A stretch of DNA of 64,000 nt, taken from Acidobacteriota bacterium. Its GTDB lineage: Bacteria; Acidobacteriota; Aminicenantia; Aminicenantales; Saccharicenantaceae. Below, piece after piece: positions 1 through 9,126 of this stretch. A model generated the notes under the pieces. That model did not search any database, had not been told where the DNA came from, and was given only the letters and a program-made list of their open reading frames with translations. The position numbers and the translations under genes are program-made. The first letter of the stretch is position 1; each line of letters opens with the position of its first letter. The stretch spans positions 23,175-87,174 of the forward strand of contig JAKQUO010000019.1 in NCBI GenBank assembly GCA_029569255.1. Reading direction: 5' to 3'.

Positions 1-46
1 GCTGTTCGAAGGACGGTGAGGGCGCCGGGCCCGCGGCGGCGGCGGC

Positions 47-724
47 TCAGGCGCCGCGGAGGTCGATCTCGCGGACGCCGGCCCGGCCGCGCAGGCGGTC
101 CAGGAGAGCGGCGGCCTTCCGGGCCGCGGGCCGGCTGAGGACGATGTGGAGATCGTCGCCGGCGCCGGGCCCGCCCGGAACGATCCTGACCTGCTCGACC
201 TTGATGTCCTGCTCCTCGATCCAGGACCGGACCTCCTCGACGGAGACCGCCCCGGGGTCCATCCTCAGGTCCAGCGAGGCCGATCGGCGGCGCCTCAGCC
301 AGCGGTCCTCCACGATCTTCAAGCCGGCGAGCACGACCAGCGTCAGCGCCGTGGCGCTGACGGCGAGCGCGTACAGGCCGCCGCCGACGGCCATGCCGAT
401 GGCGGCCACCACCCAGATGCTCGCGGCCGTGGTCAGGCCCCGCACCACTTCGCGCTGGAGGATGATCGCGCCGGCCCCCAGGAACCCGATCCCGGTGACG
501 ATCTGGGCGGCGACCCGGGAAGGATCGAGCACCACGGCCGGGGTCCCCAGGACGCCCTTGAAGCCGTACGCGGACGCGAGCATGAAAGCCGCGGCGCCCA
601 GGGCGACCATGGCGTGGGTCCGCAGTCCGGCGGCCCGCTCGGAGCGCTCGCGCTCCATGCCGATGACCGCTCCCAGGGCGGTGGCCAGCCCGATGCGCAG
701 GACCATGTGGAGCGTCGTGATCAT
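47..724 (-). CDS. mgtC: MgtC/SapB family membrane protein
   Basis: 225-aa ORF with N-terminal MgtC-type TM domain (GMERE motif) and a C-terminal cytoplasmic domain. Confidence 0.8.
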   Translation of the reverse strand: MITTLHMVLRIGLATALGAVIGMERERSERAAGLRTHAMVALGAAAFMLASAYGFKGVLGTPAVVLDPSRVAAQIVTGIGFLGAGAIILQREVVRGLTTAASIWVVAAIGMAVGGGLYALAVSATALTLVVLAGLKIVEDRWLRRRRSASLDLRMDPGAVSVEEVRSWIEEQDIKVEQVRIVPGGPGAGDDLHIVLSRPAARKAAALLDRLRGRAGVREIDLRGA

Positions 725-993
725 GGGCCCTCCTTCATCCTCCCGGGCAAGTCGAAGGCCCCCGCTCCGGAGGATACGAGTTCCTCAGGGCGTCGGCGCT
801 CGGGAAGCGATGGCATCTCCAGGGGCCGGATCGGCCTCTCCGCGCCCGGGCGACGGCACCGCGCAGCGCCGCGTCCGGGGACCATATTGACACAGTCCCC
901 GCGTCTTGACCAGGGGGGAGGGCCGACGTCCTCGGCGGCCCGAAGGCCCTCGTTTTCCAGCCTGAATTATTCAGGCCCGGGCGATAAAAAGCC

Positions 994-1060
994 TTGACAA
1001 CCGCGGCGGGGTTTGATATTTCATTTATAGAAATCGTGTTTCTATTATAGAAATATAGAG
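994..1060 (+). promoter_or_regulatory. Candidate promoter (TTGACA ... TG-n-TATTTC) followed by AT-rich operator-like repeats upstream of the TonB-dependent receptor
   Basis: TTGACA at ~994-999 and an extended -10-like TGATATTTC about 17 nt downstream. Then TATAGAAAT occurs twice around a TAGAAA-tcgtg-TTTCTA inverted repeat. This stands out as AT-rich in a ~70% GC context. Confidence 0.35.
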
Positions 1061-1169
1061 AGCGACCGTGAAGAGAGGCTTCTCCGGCCGGTCCCCGGCC
1101 GGTCCAGGATAGACGGCCCGGACTTCCCCGCGGGGGGAAGGCGAGGCCATTCGAGAGGAGGAAACGCTC

Positions 1170-3986
1170 GTGAAAACCCGCTTTTTCGCCGTTCTCATCA
1201 TCATGGCCCTGGCCGCCGCGCTGCCCTCGACGGCCGCGGCCCAGCTCAATCAGACGGGCACGCTGGCCGGCACGGTCACGGACAGCGACAAGCTGCCCTT
1301 GCCGGGGGCCACGGTCACGATCAAGTCCCCGGTCATCATCGTGCCCCAGATGGACGCGATCACGGGCCCTAAGGGGAATTACCGCTTCCTGTCCCTTCCC
1401 CCCGGGCTCTACGAGGTCGCCTTTTCGCTCGACGGCATGGACACGCTCGTCCGGAAGGACATCCGGATCAGCGTCGCGCAGACGACGACGATCGACGCCG
1501 TCCTGGAGCCGTCCACGCTGAGCGAGACGGTCGTCGTCGTCGGGGAGAGCCCGACGATCGACGTCAAGTCCACGACCAAGGCGACCAACCTGGACCGGAC
1601 GTTCATCGCCGCCCTGCCCACGGCGCGGAACCTGGACGCCTACTTCAACATGGCCCCCGGCGTCACCGCCGAACGGAACCCCAACGGGCTGATGTCGTCC
1701 GCCAGCGGGAGCGGCGTCCGCGACAACAGCTACAATCTGGACGGGGTGAACATGACGGCGCCGGACGTCGGCACCCAGCAGTTCCAGTTCGGCACGGACA
1801 TCATCGACGAGATCCTGATCCAGTCGGGGGGGATGCCGGCGGAGTTCGGGGACGCCATGGGGGCCTCGATCAACATCGTGACGCGCTCGGGCGGGAACAG
1901 GCTGAGCGGGTCGGCCAGCGTCTATTACAACACCCTCAAGCTGCAGTCCAACAACACGGCCGGCACGCCGCTGGAGGGGGCCAAGAGCGGCTACCAATAC
2001 GTCCTCGAACCCGGGATCGCCCTGGGAGGGCCGATCGCCAAGGAAAGGCTCTGGTTCTTCACCAACCTGAGCCTGAATTCCCGGTCCAGGCTCATCCCCG
2101 GCTTCCCCTACGACCAGCCCGCGCAGGTCCCGGCCAAGGAGACCCGCTACTACCCCTATGTCAAGCTGACCTTCCAGCCCAGCCAGGCCCACCGGTTCTC
2201 GGCCTCCTACAACTACTCCGATTACCTCCAGGACAACGCCGGCGCCAACCGGTTCGCGACCGAGAGCACCACGGTCAAGTGGACGGCCCCGACCCACATC
2301 CTCAACCTGCAATGGACGGCGACGTTCTCCCCGACCATGTTCGCCGATTTCAAGGTCGGCTACTATGTCAACAACCAGGAGCTCCGGTCGAAAGAGGACC
2401 TGCCCTTGATCGTCGAGCAGACGACCGCGCAACAGTCGGGCAGCTACGTCGGCACGGACCTCTACACGGCCGGCCGCTTCCAGACCAACGCCAACCTGAC
2501 CTATTTCGCCGACAGCTTGGCCGGGTCCCACGAATTCAAGGGCGGCGTCGAGTTCCAGGCCATCGACTCCACGCAGAGCTTCACGCCCAATGTGGACCCC
2601 CGGAACGGCATGTCGCAGATCATCACCCGCAGAGGCACGCCGCGTTACGGAGTCGTCATGGCGCCGTCGGCGAACAAGGTGGCCGGGACGAACATCCACG
2701 CCTACCTCCAGGACAGCTGGAAGCCCGCCAAGCGGCTGACGCTCAACCCGGGCCTGCGCCTGACCTACCAGAGCGGCCGCTTCCCGCCGCAGAACGAGAG
2801 CGAAGGTCCCCAGGACTTCCTGGGGGTCTCCTTCAACCGGAGCGTCACCCGGACGATCAACGCGTTCAACCGGACGGCCCTGGCGCCGCGGCTGGGCGTC
2901 ATCTTCGACCTGACGGGGGACCGCAAGACGCTGTTGAAGGCCAGCTACTCCCGCTACCTCCAGTCCAATATCATCGCCTATTACGCGTCGGCCAACCCCA
3001 ACGGTTCCTTCTCCTACGTCCAGGCCCTGGCCCCGGACTGGACCCCGGTCCCGGGCGCCTACCTCAACGCGAGCTTCCCGATCCCGGCCAAGGCGGGCTA
3101 CGACGGCGCCGGCATCAAGACCCCCTACACGGACGAATTCGCCGTGGCCGTGGAACGCGAGCTCTTTCCCGATTGGGTCCTGTCCGCCCGCTACACCCGC
3201 AAGGCGGACCGGAAGCTCATCGAGGACGTGGACGCCAACCAGCTGGACATCGACCGCCTGGCGGCCGACGGCGCGCTCGTCTGGACGAACTGGACACAGG
3301 TTCCGTTCACCGACCCCTATGACGGACAGGAGCGGTTTTTCTGGAGCATGAACGCCATCCTCCCGCCGGACTCCTACCTCATGAACCCTCCCGGGGCCGA
3401 AAGGGACTTCAAGGGCGTCGAGCTCACCCTGAACAAGCGCTATTCCCGGGGCTGGTCCCTCATGGCCAGCTACGTCTGGCAGGACGCGGTCGGGCTCATC
3501 TCCACCTCTTGGGGCGGCAGCACCGCGAATTCCGGCCTCTTCGACAACCCGAACTCCCACATCAACCAGTACGGCCACGCGTCGCTGTCGCCGCGGTCCC
3601 AGGTCAAGGTGCTGGGCATGGTCGCCGGCCCCTGGGGCATCAACGTCAGCGGGTTCTTCCGCTATTTCACGGGACAGCGCTACACGCGGACTCTGCACAG
3701 CTCGGACATGGGGGTCACGCTGGCTCAGGGGAACGAGACCATCAACGCCGAAAAGAGGGGCTCCCGGGAGCTCCCGAGCCAGGTCATCCTGGACCTGAGG
3801 CTGGAAAAGCTCTTCCGCCTGGGCGGGACCAAGGTGGCCTTCTTCGCCGACTGCTTCAATCTCTTCAACGGGAACAAGGCCACCTCCGTCCACACCCGGA
3901 GCGGCAGCCCGGTCTACGTGTTCGGGCAGATGACCGCGATCCAGGACCCGAGGGCCGTCCGGCTCGGGTTCCGTTTCGAGTTCTAG
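1170..3986 (+). CDS. TonB-dependent receptor with N-terminal carboxypeptidase-regulatory-like domain
   Basis: 938 aa with a signal peptide, a CarboxypepD_reg-like N-terminus (TLAGTVTDSDKLPLPGATVTI), plug and barrel, and an OMP-type C-terminal RLGFRFEF. GTG start follows a GAGGAGGA RBS. Confidence 0.85.
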   Translation: MKTRFFAVLIIMALAAALPSTAAAQLNQTGTLAGTVTDSDKLPLPGATVTIKSPVIIVPQMDAITGPKGNYRFLSLPPGLYEVAFSLDGMDTLVRKDIRISVAQTTTIDAVLEPSTLSETVVVVGESPTIDVKSTTKATNLDRTFIAALPTARNLDAYFNMAPGVTAERNPNGLMSSASGSGVRDNSYNLDGVNMTAPDVGTQQFQFGTDIIDEILIQSGGMPAEFGDAMGASINIVTRSGGNRLSGSASVYYNTLKLQSNNTAGTPLEGAKSGYQYVLEPGIALGGPIAKERLWFFTNLSLNSRSRLIPGFPYDQPAQVPAKETRYYPYVKLTFQPSQAHRFSASYNYSDYLQDNAGANRFATESTTVKWTAPTHILNLQWTATFSPTMFADFKVGYYVNNQELRSKEDLPLIVEQTTAQQSGSYVGTDLYTAGRFQTNANLTYFADSLAGSHEFKGGVEFQAIDSTQSFTPNVDPRNGMSQIITRRGTPRYGVVMAPSANKVAGTNIHAYLQDSWKPAKRLTLNPGLRLTYQSGRFPPQNESEGPQDFLGVSFNRSVTRTINAFNRTALAPRLGVIFDLTGDRKTLLKASYSRYLQSNIIAYYASANPNGSFSYVQALAPDWTPVPGAYLNASFPIPAKAGYDGAGIKTPYTDEFAVAVERELFPDWVLSARYTRKADRKLIEDVDANQLDIDRLAADGALVWTNWTQVPFTDPYDGQERFFWSMNAILPPDSYLMNPPGAERDFKGVELTLNKRYSRGWSLMASYVWQDAVGLISTSWGGSTANSGLFDNPNSHINQYGHASLSPRSQVKVLGMVAGPWGINVSGFFRYFTGQRYTRTLHSSDMGVTLAQGNETINAEKRGSRELPSQVILDLRLEKLFRLGGTKVAFFADCFNLFNGNKATSVHTRSGSPVYVFGQMTAIQDPRAVRLGFRFEF

Positions 3987-3999
3987 AAGGACCGGGCTC

Positions 4000-5454
4000 A
4001 TGGCGAGGCACCCGAACGACTCGCGGGGCCGGGGGCGAAAGCTCCCGGCCCCGTGGATCCTGGCGGCGGCCGTCCTGGCCTTCTGCTCGCTCTGCGCCTG
4101 CGCCCGGACCGCCCGGGACGCCCAGGGCGCCCCGGACGTCGCCGCCGCGATGGACGCCTATCTCACGGCCGCCCACAAGCTCCAGTGGTTCAGCGGGAAC
4201 GTCTTCGTCGCCCGCGGCGGCCGGGTCATCCTGAACAAGGGCTACGGCCTGGCCGATTACGAGCTCGGCGTCCCGTTCACGCCCCGGACCAAGTTCCGCC
4301 TGGGCTCGGTCACCAAGCAGTTCACGGCCATGGCCGTCCTCCAGCTCGAAGAGAAAGGCCTGCTCAAGGTCGCGGACACGGTCCGGTCGGTCTTCCCCGA
4401 TTACCCGGAGGGCGACCGGATCACCATCCACCATCTCCTGACGCACACGGCGGGCATCCCCAACTTCACCTCGTTCCCGGATTACCCGAAGGCGATGCTC
4501 TTCCCGACCTCGGTCCAGGAGGCGGTCGACCGGTTCAAGAACAGGCCGCTGGACTTCCCGCCGGGCGAGAAGTTCCGCTACAGCAATTCGGGCTACGTCC
4601 TGCTGGGGGCCATCATCGAGAAGGTCTCGGGGGAGACCTACGAGGCCTTTCTCCGGGAGAACATCTTCCGGCCGCTGGGCATGGAGGATTCGGGGTACGA
4701 CCACCGCGAGGACATCCTGAAGGACAGGGCGTCCGGCTACGAGTTCGTCAAGGACCAGAAGGTGAATGCCTCTTACGTCGACATGTCCGTCCCCTACGCG
4801 GCGGGGGCCCTCTATTCGACCGTCCTCGACCTCTACAAGTGGGACCGGGCCCTGTACACGGACAAGCTCGTGCCCCAGGCCGCGCTGACGAGGATGTTCA
4901 CGCCGTTCGATCCGCACGCCGGTCCGGCCCCCGCGACCGGGATGTCCAAGGAGACCTACGCCTACGGCTGGGTGGTCAAGTCGTCCGCCGGCCACAAGGA
5001 GATCAGCCACGGCGGCGGGGTCAACGGCTTCGCCACGCATATCGCCCGTTTCCCCGACGACGACGCCTGCGTCATCGTCCTGAACAACTTCCTGACCGCC
5101 CACATCCAGAGGGTCAGCGATTCCCTGGCCGCCCTTCTGTTCGGCCAGGCCGTCGAGATGCCGGAGGACAGAAAGCCCGTCAAGCTCCCGGCCGCGGTCC
5201 TGGATTCCTATCCGGGCCGCTATCAAGTGGAGGGCGAGCCGATGGTCTTCACCGTCGTGAGGGACGGCGACAACCTCCTGCTTCAGGCCCCCGGGCAGCC
5301 GGAGCTGGTCCTGCGGCCCCGGTCGGAGGCGGCGTTCTTCTCGAGACGGGCGAACATGGACGTGATCTTCGAGAAGGACGCCTCGGGCCGGGTCTCGCAT
5401 TTCGTCCTCGTCCGGGGCATCCTCAAGACGAAAGCCGTCCGAGTGGAGGAATGA
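4000..5454 (+). CDS. Serine hydrolase, beta-lactamase/D-aminopeptidase-like, probable lipoprotein
   Basis: SxxK active-site motif (SVTKQF) and a YxN-like region. The N-terminal signal has Cys residues resembling a lipobox. Confidence 0.8.
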   Translation: MARHPNDSRGRGRKLPAPWILAAAVLAFCSLCACARTARDAQGAPDVAAAMDAYLTAAHKLQWFSGNVFVARGGRVILNKGYGLADYELGVPFTPRTKFRLGSVTKQFTAMAVLQLEEKGLLKVADTVRSVFPDYPEGDRITIHHLLTHTAGIPNFTSFPDYPKAMLFPTSVQEAVDRFKNRPLDFPPGEKFRYSNSGYVLLGAIIEKVSGETYEAFLRENIFRPLGMEDSGYDHREDILKDRASGYEFVKDQKVNASYVDMSVPYAAGALYSTVLDLYKWDRALYTDKLVPQAALTRMFTPFDPHAGPAPATGMSKETYAYGWVVKSSAGHKEISHGGGVNGFATHIARFPDDDACVIVLNNFLTAHIQRVSDSLAALLFGQAVEMPEDRKPVKLPAAVLDSYPGRYQVEGEPMVFTVVRDGDNLLLQAPGQPELVLRPRSEAAFFSRRANMDVIFEKDASGRVSHFVLVRGILKTKAVRVEE

Positions 5455-5503
5455 CGGGCCGGGCCGCTCGTCCCGCGGGCCGGAGGAGGGAGAGGGAGTC
5501 ACG

Positions 5504-6721
5504 ATGAGGCCTTTCACGAGAACGGAGTTCCTGAAGATGCTGGGCGCGGGGGCCCTGGCCTCCGCCTTCCCGGCCCGCGCCGGCCTGGCGTCCCCGCGGA
5601 TGGAGAGCGCCAAGGCGGCCGCCAAGGCCCTGAGGATCAGGGACGTCGAGATCTATTACTGGGACATCCCTTTCAAGGAACCGCTCACCATCGCCCTGGG
5701 GACGATCACCGAAACGAACGGCGTGCTCATCCGCGTCCTGACGGACGCGGGCATCGTCGGGCTCGGCGAGTCCTGTCCGTTCGCCCCGGTCACGGGCGAC
5801 ACGCAGCAGACCAATATCGACGTCGCCCGGGACCTGCGGGAATCCCTCAAGGGCAAGGACCCCCTGGCCATCGAAAGCGCCGGGCGGACGATCGGGACGT
5901 TCGGGCGTTCGAACCCGTGCATCGTGGCCGCCTTCGACATGGCCCTCTACGACATCCTGGGCCAAGCGGCCGGGCTGCCGGTGTTCCGGCTCCTCGGCGG
6001 GGACAGGACGACCTTCGAGACGGACGCGACGACCGGCATCGACACCCCCGAGAAGATGGCCCGGAGCGCCCGGGAACATGTCGCCGCCGGGTTCAGGGCG
6101 CTGAAGGTCAAGATCGGCCAGGACCCCGACACGGACGTGGCCCGCCTCCAGGCCATCCGGGACGCCGTCGGCCCCGGCCCGGCGCTCCGGCTGGACGCCA
6201 ATCAGGGCTACACGGTGCCCCAGGCCCTCTACGCCTTGCGGCGGATGGAGAAGCTCGACATCCAGTTCTGCGAGCAGCCCGTCGTCCGCACCGACATCTC
6301 CGGCCTGAGGCAGGTCCGCGAGGCGAGCCCCATCGCCATCATGGCCGACGAATCCCTCTTCTCCCCCGTCGACGCCATCCGGCTCGTCAAGGAAGAGGCC
6401 TGCGATTATTTCAACATCAAGCTGATGAAGTGCGGCGGGATCGCCAACGCCGTCAAGATCTCGACGATCGGCGAGGCCGCCAACATTCGCTGCATGCTCG
6501 GCTGCAACAGCGAGACGCGTCTCGGGCTGACGGCCGCCGGCCACGTCCTCGGCGCGCAGAGCAACATCTTCTACGCCGACCTGGACGCCTTCCTGGCGCT
6601 GGGGATCGATCCGATCGCCGGGGGGATGACGGTCAAGAACGGGACGGCCACGCTCCCCGAAACGCCGGGGCTCGGCGCGGTCGTCGATCCGGCCTTCCTC
6701 AAGAAGCTGAAAAAGGCCTGA
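5504..6721 (+). CDS. Enolase-superfamily dipeptide epimerase-like enzyme (MR/MLE family) with Tat-type signal peptide
   Basis: KxK and DxN...E...D metal-ligand pattern typical of L-Ala-D/L-Glu epimerase-like proteins. The N-terminus MRPFTRTEFLKMLGAGALASAFPARAG resembles a twin-arginine signal. Confidence 0.75.
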   Translation: MRPFTRTEFLKMLGAGALASAFPARAGLASPRMESAKAAAKALRIRDVEIYYWDIPFKEPLTIALGTITETNGVLIRVLTDAGIVGLGESCPFAPVTGDTQQTNIDVARDLRESLKGKDPLAIESAGRTIGTFGRSNPCIVAAFDMALYDILGQAAGLPVFRLLGGDRTTFETDATTGIDTPEKMARSAREHVAAGFRALKVKIGQDPDTDVARLQAIRDAVGPGPALRLDANQGYTVPQALYALRRMEKLDIQFCEQPVVRTDISGLRQVREASPIAIMADESLFSPVDAIRLVKEEACDYFNIKLMKCGGIANAVKISTIGEAANIRCMLGCNSETRLGLTAAGHVLGAQSNIFYADLDAFLALGIDPIAGGMTVKNGTATLPETPGLGAVVDPAFLKKLKKA

Positions 6722-6776
6722 CCGCGAAGGGGACGCGCCGGCCCGGCGGTCAGGGGACACGGAAGGAGGAGGCGAC

Positions 6777-7964
6777 ATGTCCGCTCGAAGACGTTTCCTG
6801 CGACAGGCGGCCGCGGGGCTGATGGCAGTGGGAGCTGGCGTCCGCGGCCTCGCGGCCCAGTTCCTCGCCGGCCCCATGATGGAGGGCCCGCCCGGGACGG
6901 AGACGGTCATCGACGGGAAGAAGTATCTCTACTTCGGCGGCACCAGCTACTACGGGTTCCAGGGCGATCCCGCCGTGGCCGAGGCCGCCTGCCGGGCCAT
7001 CAGGAAATACGGCCTGCACCCGTCCACGTCGCGGGCCGGCTTCGGGAACTCGCCCATCTACGAGGAGGTCGAAAAGAAGGCCTCCGCGTACTTCGGCGCC
7101 GAACGCTCCTGTTACCTCGCGTCCGGCTATCTCTGCAACGCGGCCGGGTTCCAGGCCCTGGCGGCCCTGGGGCGGTTCGACGCCGTCTTCGTCGACGAGG
7201 GGTCCCACTACAGCGTCATGGACTATCTCTGCCTGACCGGCAAGCCCGTCACCCGCTTCGCCCACGCCGACCCCGACGACGCCCGCCGCAAGCTGGCCGC
7301 GGGATTGAAGGCCGGCCAGAGGCCGCTCCTCGTCAGCGACGGGGTCTTCCCGACCTTCGGGGAGATCGCGCCCGTCCCGGACTACGTGAAAGCGGTCGAG
7401 CCGTACGAAGGCTCCGTCTGGCTCGACGACAGCCACGGGGTCGGCGTTCTCGGCCCGAACGGCCGCGGCGCCTACGACCATTTCGGGCTGGCCGGGGACC
7501 GCCTCTTTTTCTGCGGCACGATGAGCAAGGCCTTCGGCTCGCACGGCGGCCTCATCCCCGGGCCGAAGGCTTTCGTCGACGAGATCCTGCGGGGCCATAT
7601 CATGAACGGGGCGACGGGCCCGACCGCGGCCGCGTCCGGCGCGGCGCTCGCCGCCCTGGACGCCTTGATGAAGCGCCCGGAGATGCGGGCGCGGCTGCTG
7701 GCCAACGCCCGGAGGCTCAAGAGCGGCCTCCGCGGGATCGGGCTGCCCGTCGCGGAGACCCCGTTCCCGGTCGCGGCCTGGACGCTCAAGAACGCCCGGG
7801 ACATGGACCGCGTCCATCGGGGCCTCATGGACCGCGGCATCTGCATCCAGCGGGCGCGGTATGTCGGCGCGGAGGCCGAGGGCGTCCTGCGCGCGGTCGT
7901 CTTCTCCACCCACACCGAGGAACAGATCGGCCGCCTGGTCTCGGCGTTGAAGGCCCTGGCATGA
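6777..7964 (+). CDS. PLP-dependent alpha-oxoamine synthase family protein (AONS/KBL-like) with Tat-like signal
   Basis: PLP-Lys motif GTMSKAFGSHGG. The N-terminus ARRRFLRQAAAGLMAVGAG fits the S/T-RRxFLK twin-arginine pattern. Confidence 0.7.
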   Translation: MSARRRFLRQAAAGLMAVGAGVRGLAAQFLAGPMMEGPPGTETVIDGKKYLYFGGTSYYGFQGDPAVAEAACRAIRKYGLHPSTSRAGFGNSPIYEEVEKKASAYFGAERSCYLASGYLCNAAGFQALAALGRFDAVFVDEGSHYSVMDYLCLTGKPVTRFAHADPDDARRKLAAGLKAGQRPLLVSDGVFPTFGEIAPVPDYVKAVEPYEGSVWLDDSHGVGVLGPNGRGAYDHFGLAGDRLFFCGTMSKAFGSHGGLIPGPKAFVDEILRGHIMNGATGPTAAASGAALAALDALMKRPEMRARLLANARRLKSGLRGIGLPVAETPFPVAAWTLKNARDMDRVHRGLMDRGICIQRARYVGAEAEGVLRAVVFSTHTEEQIGRLVSALKALA

Positions 7965-8791
7965 GCGCCGAAAACAGGGGGGCCGGCAAGAAAGCGCGGC
8001 CGCAAGCGAAAAGAGGCCCGGACGGGGCTCACAACATCTATTTCTCCAAGATCATCGACAGGGGCCTGAACATCCTCGACCTGTTCCGCCCCGAGACGAC
8101 GAGCCTGAGCCTCAAGGAGATCGCCGAGGCCACCGGGATCAACCGGACCTCGAGCTTCCGCTTCGTCGACACGCTCGTCCAGCTGGGCTATCTGAGGAAA
8201 GACCCGAGGCTGAAGCTGATCAAGCTCGGGCCAAAGGCCCTGATGCTCGGCCAGAACATCATCAACAGCTTCGATATCCTGCAGGTCGTTCAGCCGCTCA
8301 TCGACGGCGCTTTCCGGAAACACAACGTCACTATCGACTCCGCCATCCTGGACGACGTCCGGTTCGTCCGCCTCTACCGGCGGGAGGCCCGGGACACGCT
8401 GACCTTCAAGCTGCCCCAGGTCCTGCCGGCGGCCCGGGTCCATTGCATCGCCCTGAGCAAGGCCTGTCTCTCGGTCATGGACGAAGAAGACCTGGCCCGG
8501 GCGACCGCCGAGGTCTCCTTCAAGAAACGGATGCCCGGCGCGGTCGCGAATATGGCCGGCCTTCACCGCGAGCTGGAGCTGACGAGGGCGCGGGGCTACT
8601 CCATCAACAACGAGGAATACGTGGCCGGCATCATCTCCGTCGGGGCCCCGTTCTTCGGCGCGGACGGGAAGGTCCTGGGCGCGGTGTCCTTCGACGTCGT
8701 CTCGATCCGGCTCTCGAAAGAGGACGTCGAAAAGCGCTTCGCCGCGGCGGCGGTCGAGCTGGCCCGGGCCATCACCTCTTCGCTCGGCTGA
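7961..8791 (+). CDS. IclR family transcriptional regulator
   Basis: N-terminal wHTH (LSLKEIAEATGINRTSSFRFVDTL) plus a C-terminal IclR effector domain. The 4-nt overlap with the upstream gene suggests co-transcription. Confidence 0.75.
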   Translation: MSAENRGAGKKARPQAKRGPDGAHNIYFSKIIDRGLNILDLFRPETTSLSLKEIAEATGINRTSSFRFVDTLVQLGYLRKDPRLKLIKLGPKALMLGQNIINSFDILQVVQPLIDGAFRKHNVTIDSAILDDVRFVRLYRREARDTLTFKLPQVLPAARVHCIALSKACLSVMDEEDLARATAEVSFKKRMPGAVANMAGLHRELELTRARGYSINNEEYVAGIISVGAPFFGADGKVLGAVSFDVVSIRLSKEDVEKRFAAAAVELARAITSSLG

Positions 8792-9126
8792 GGGCGGCGG
8801 AAGCCACGCGGGGATGGGCTTCCGGGGAAGGGAAAACGCCCCGGCCCGACTCCCTGGCCTCCCCGCGCCATCCGGGGGATGTTCACCGCCCTCCGCGCGC
8901 TTGACTTCCTCCGATGTCCGGCCGTATTCCGGGGCCAAACAAAGGCTCTCTCACCCGCGGGCGCCGTGACCGTTTCGACGGCGCCGGCGGAAACGACCGC
9001 CGTGCGGAAGAACGCCGCCTCCTCCGCGTCCAAAGAGAAAGCCGTCCGCGCCGTTCGCGGACGGCAAGGCCCTGAAAACAGAACGTCACGGCCTGCCCGG
9101 ACCGGCCCGCGAAAGGAGCCTCGCCC

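Noticed and set aside
725-993. Mg2+ riboswitch (M-box) upstream of mgtC
   Set aside because: I could not find the conserved M-box segments in the reverse-complement of the mgtC upstream region. Only a perfect palindrome and promoter-like boxes were seen.
735-4001. Very long ORFs in the six-frame track (e.g. 735-4001 minus, 12118-15219 upstream part, 13608-15566, 24202-27528, 33729-37233 region, 47038-49716 plus, 50909-53158 minus, 58442-60151 minus)
   Set aside because: They run antisense to, or out of frame with, genes that have clear family signatures. They are Arg/Gly/Pro-rich and low-complexity, as expected for open frames in ~70% GC DNA. Only the segments with recognisable homologs (hss, purD, rpiB, ser-hydrolase and others) were kept, with starts re-derived.
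8792-9126. 335-bp intergenic region after the IclR gene
   Set aside because: It was scanned for repeats and RNA motifs and nothing reproducible was found. It likely just carries the DUF885 promoter.
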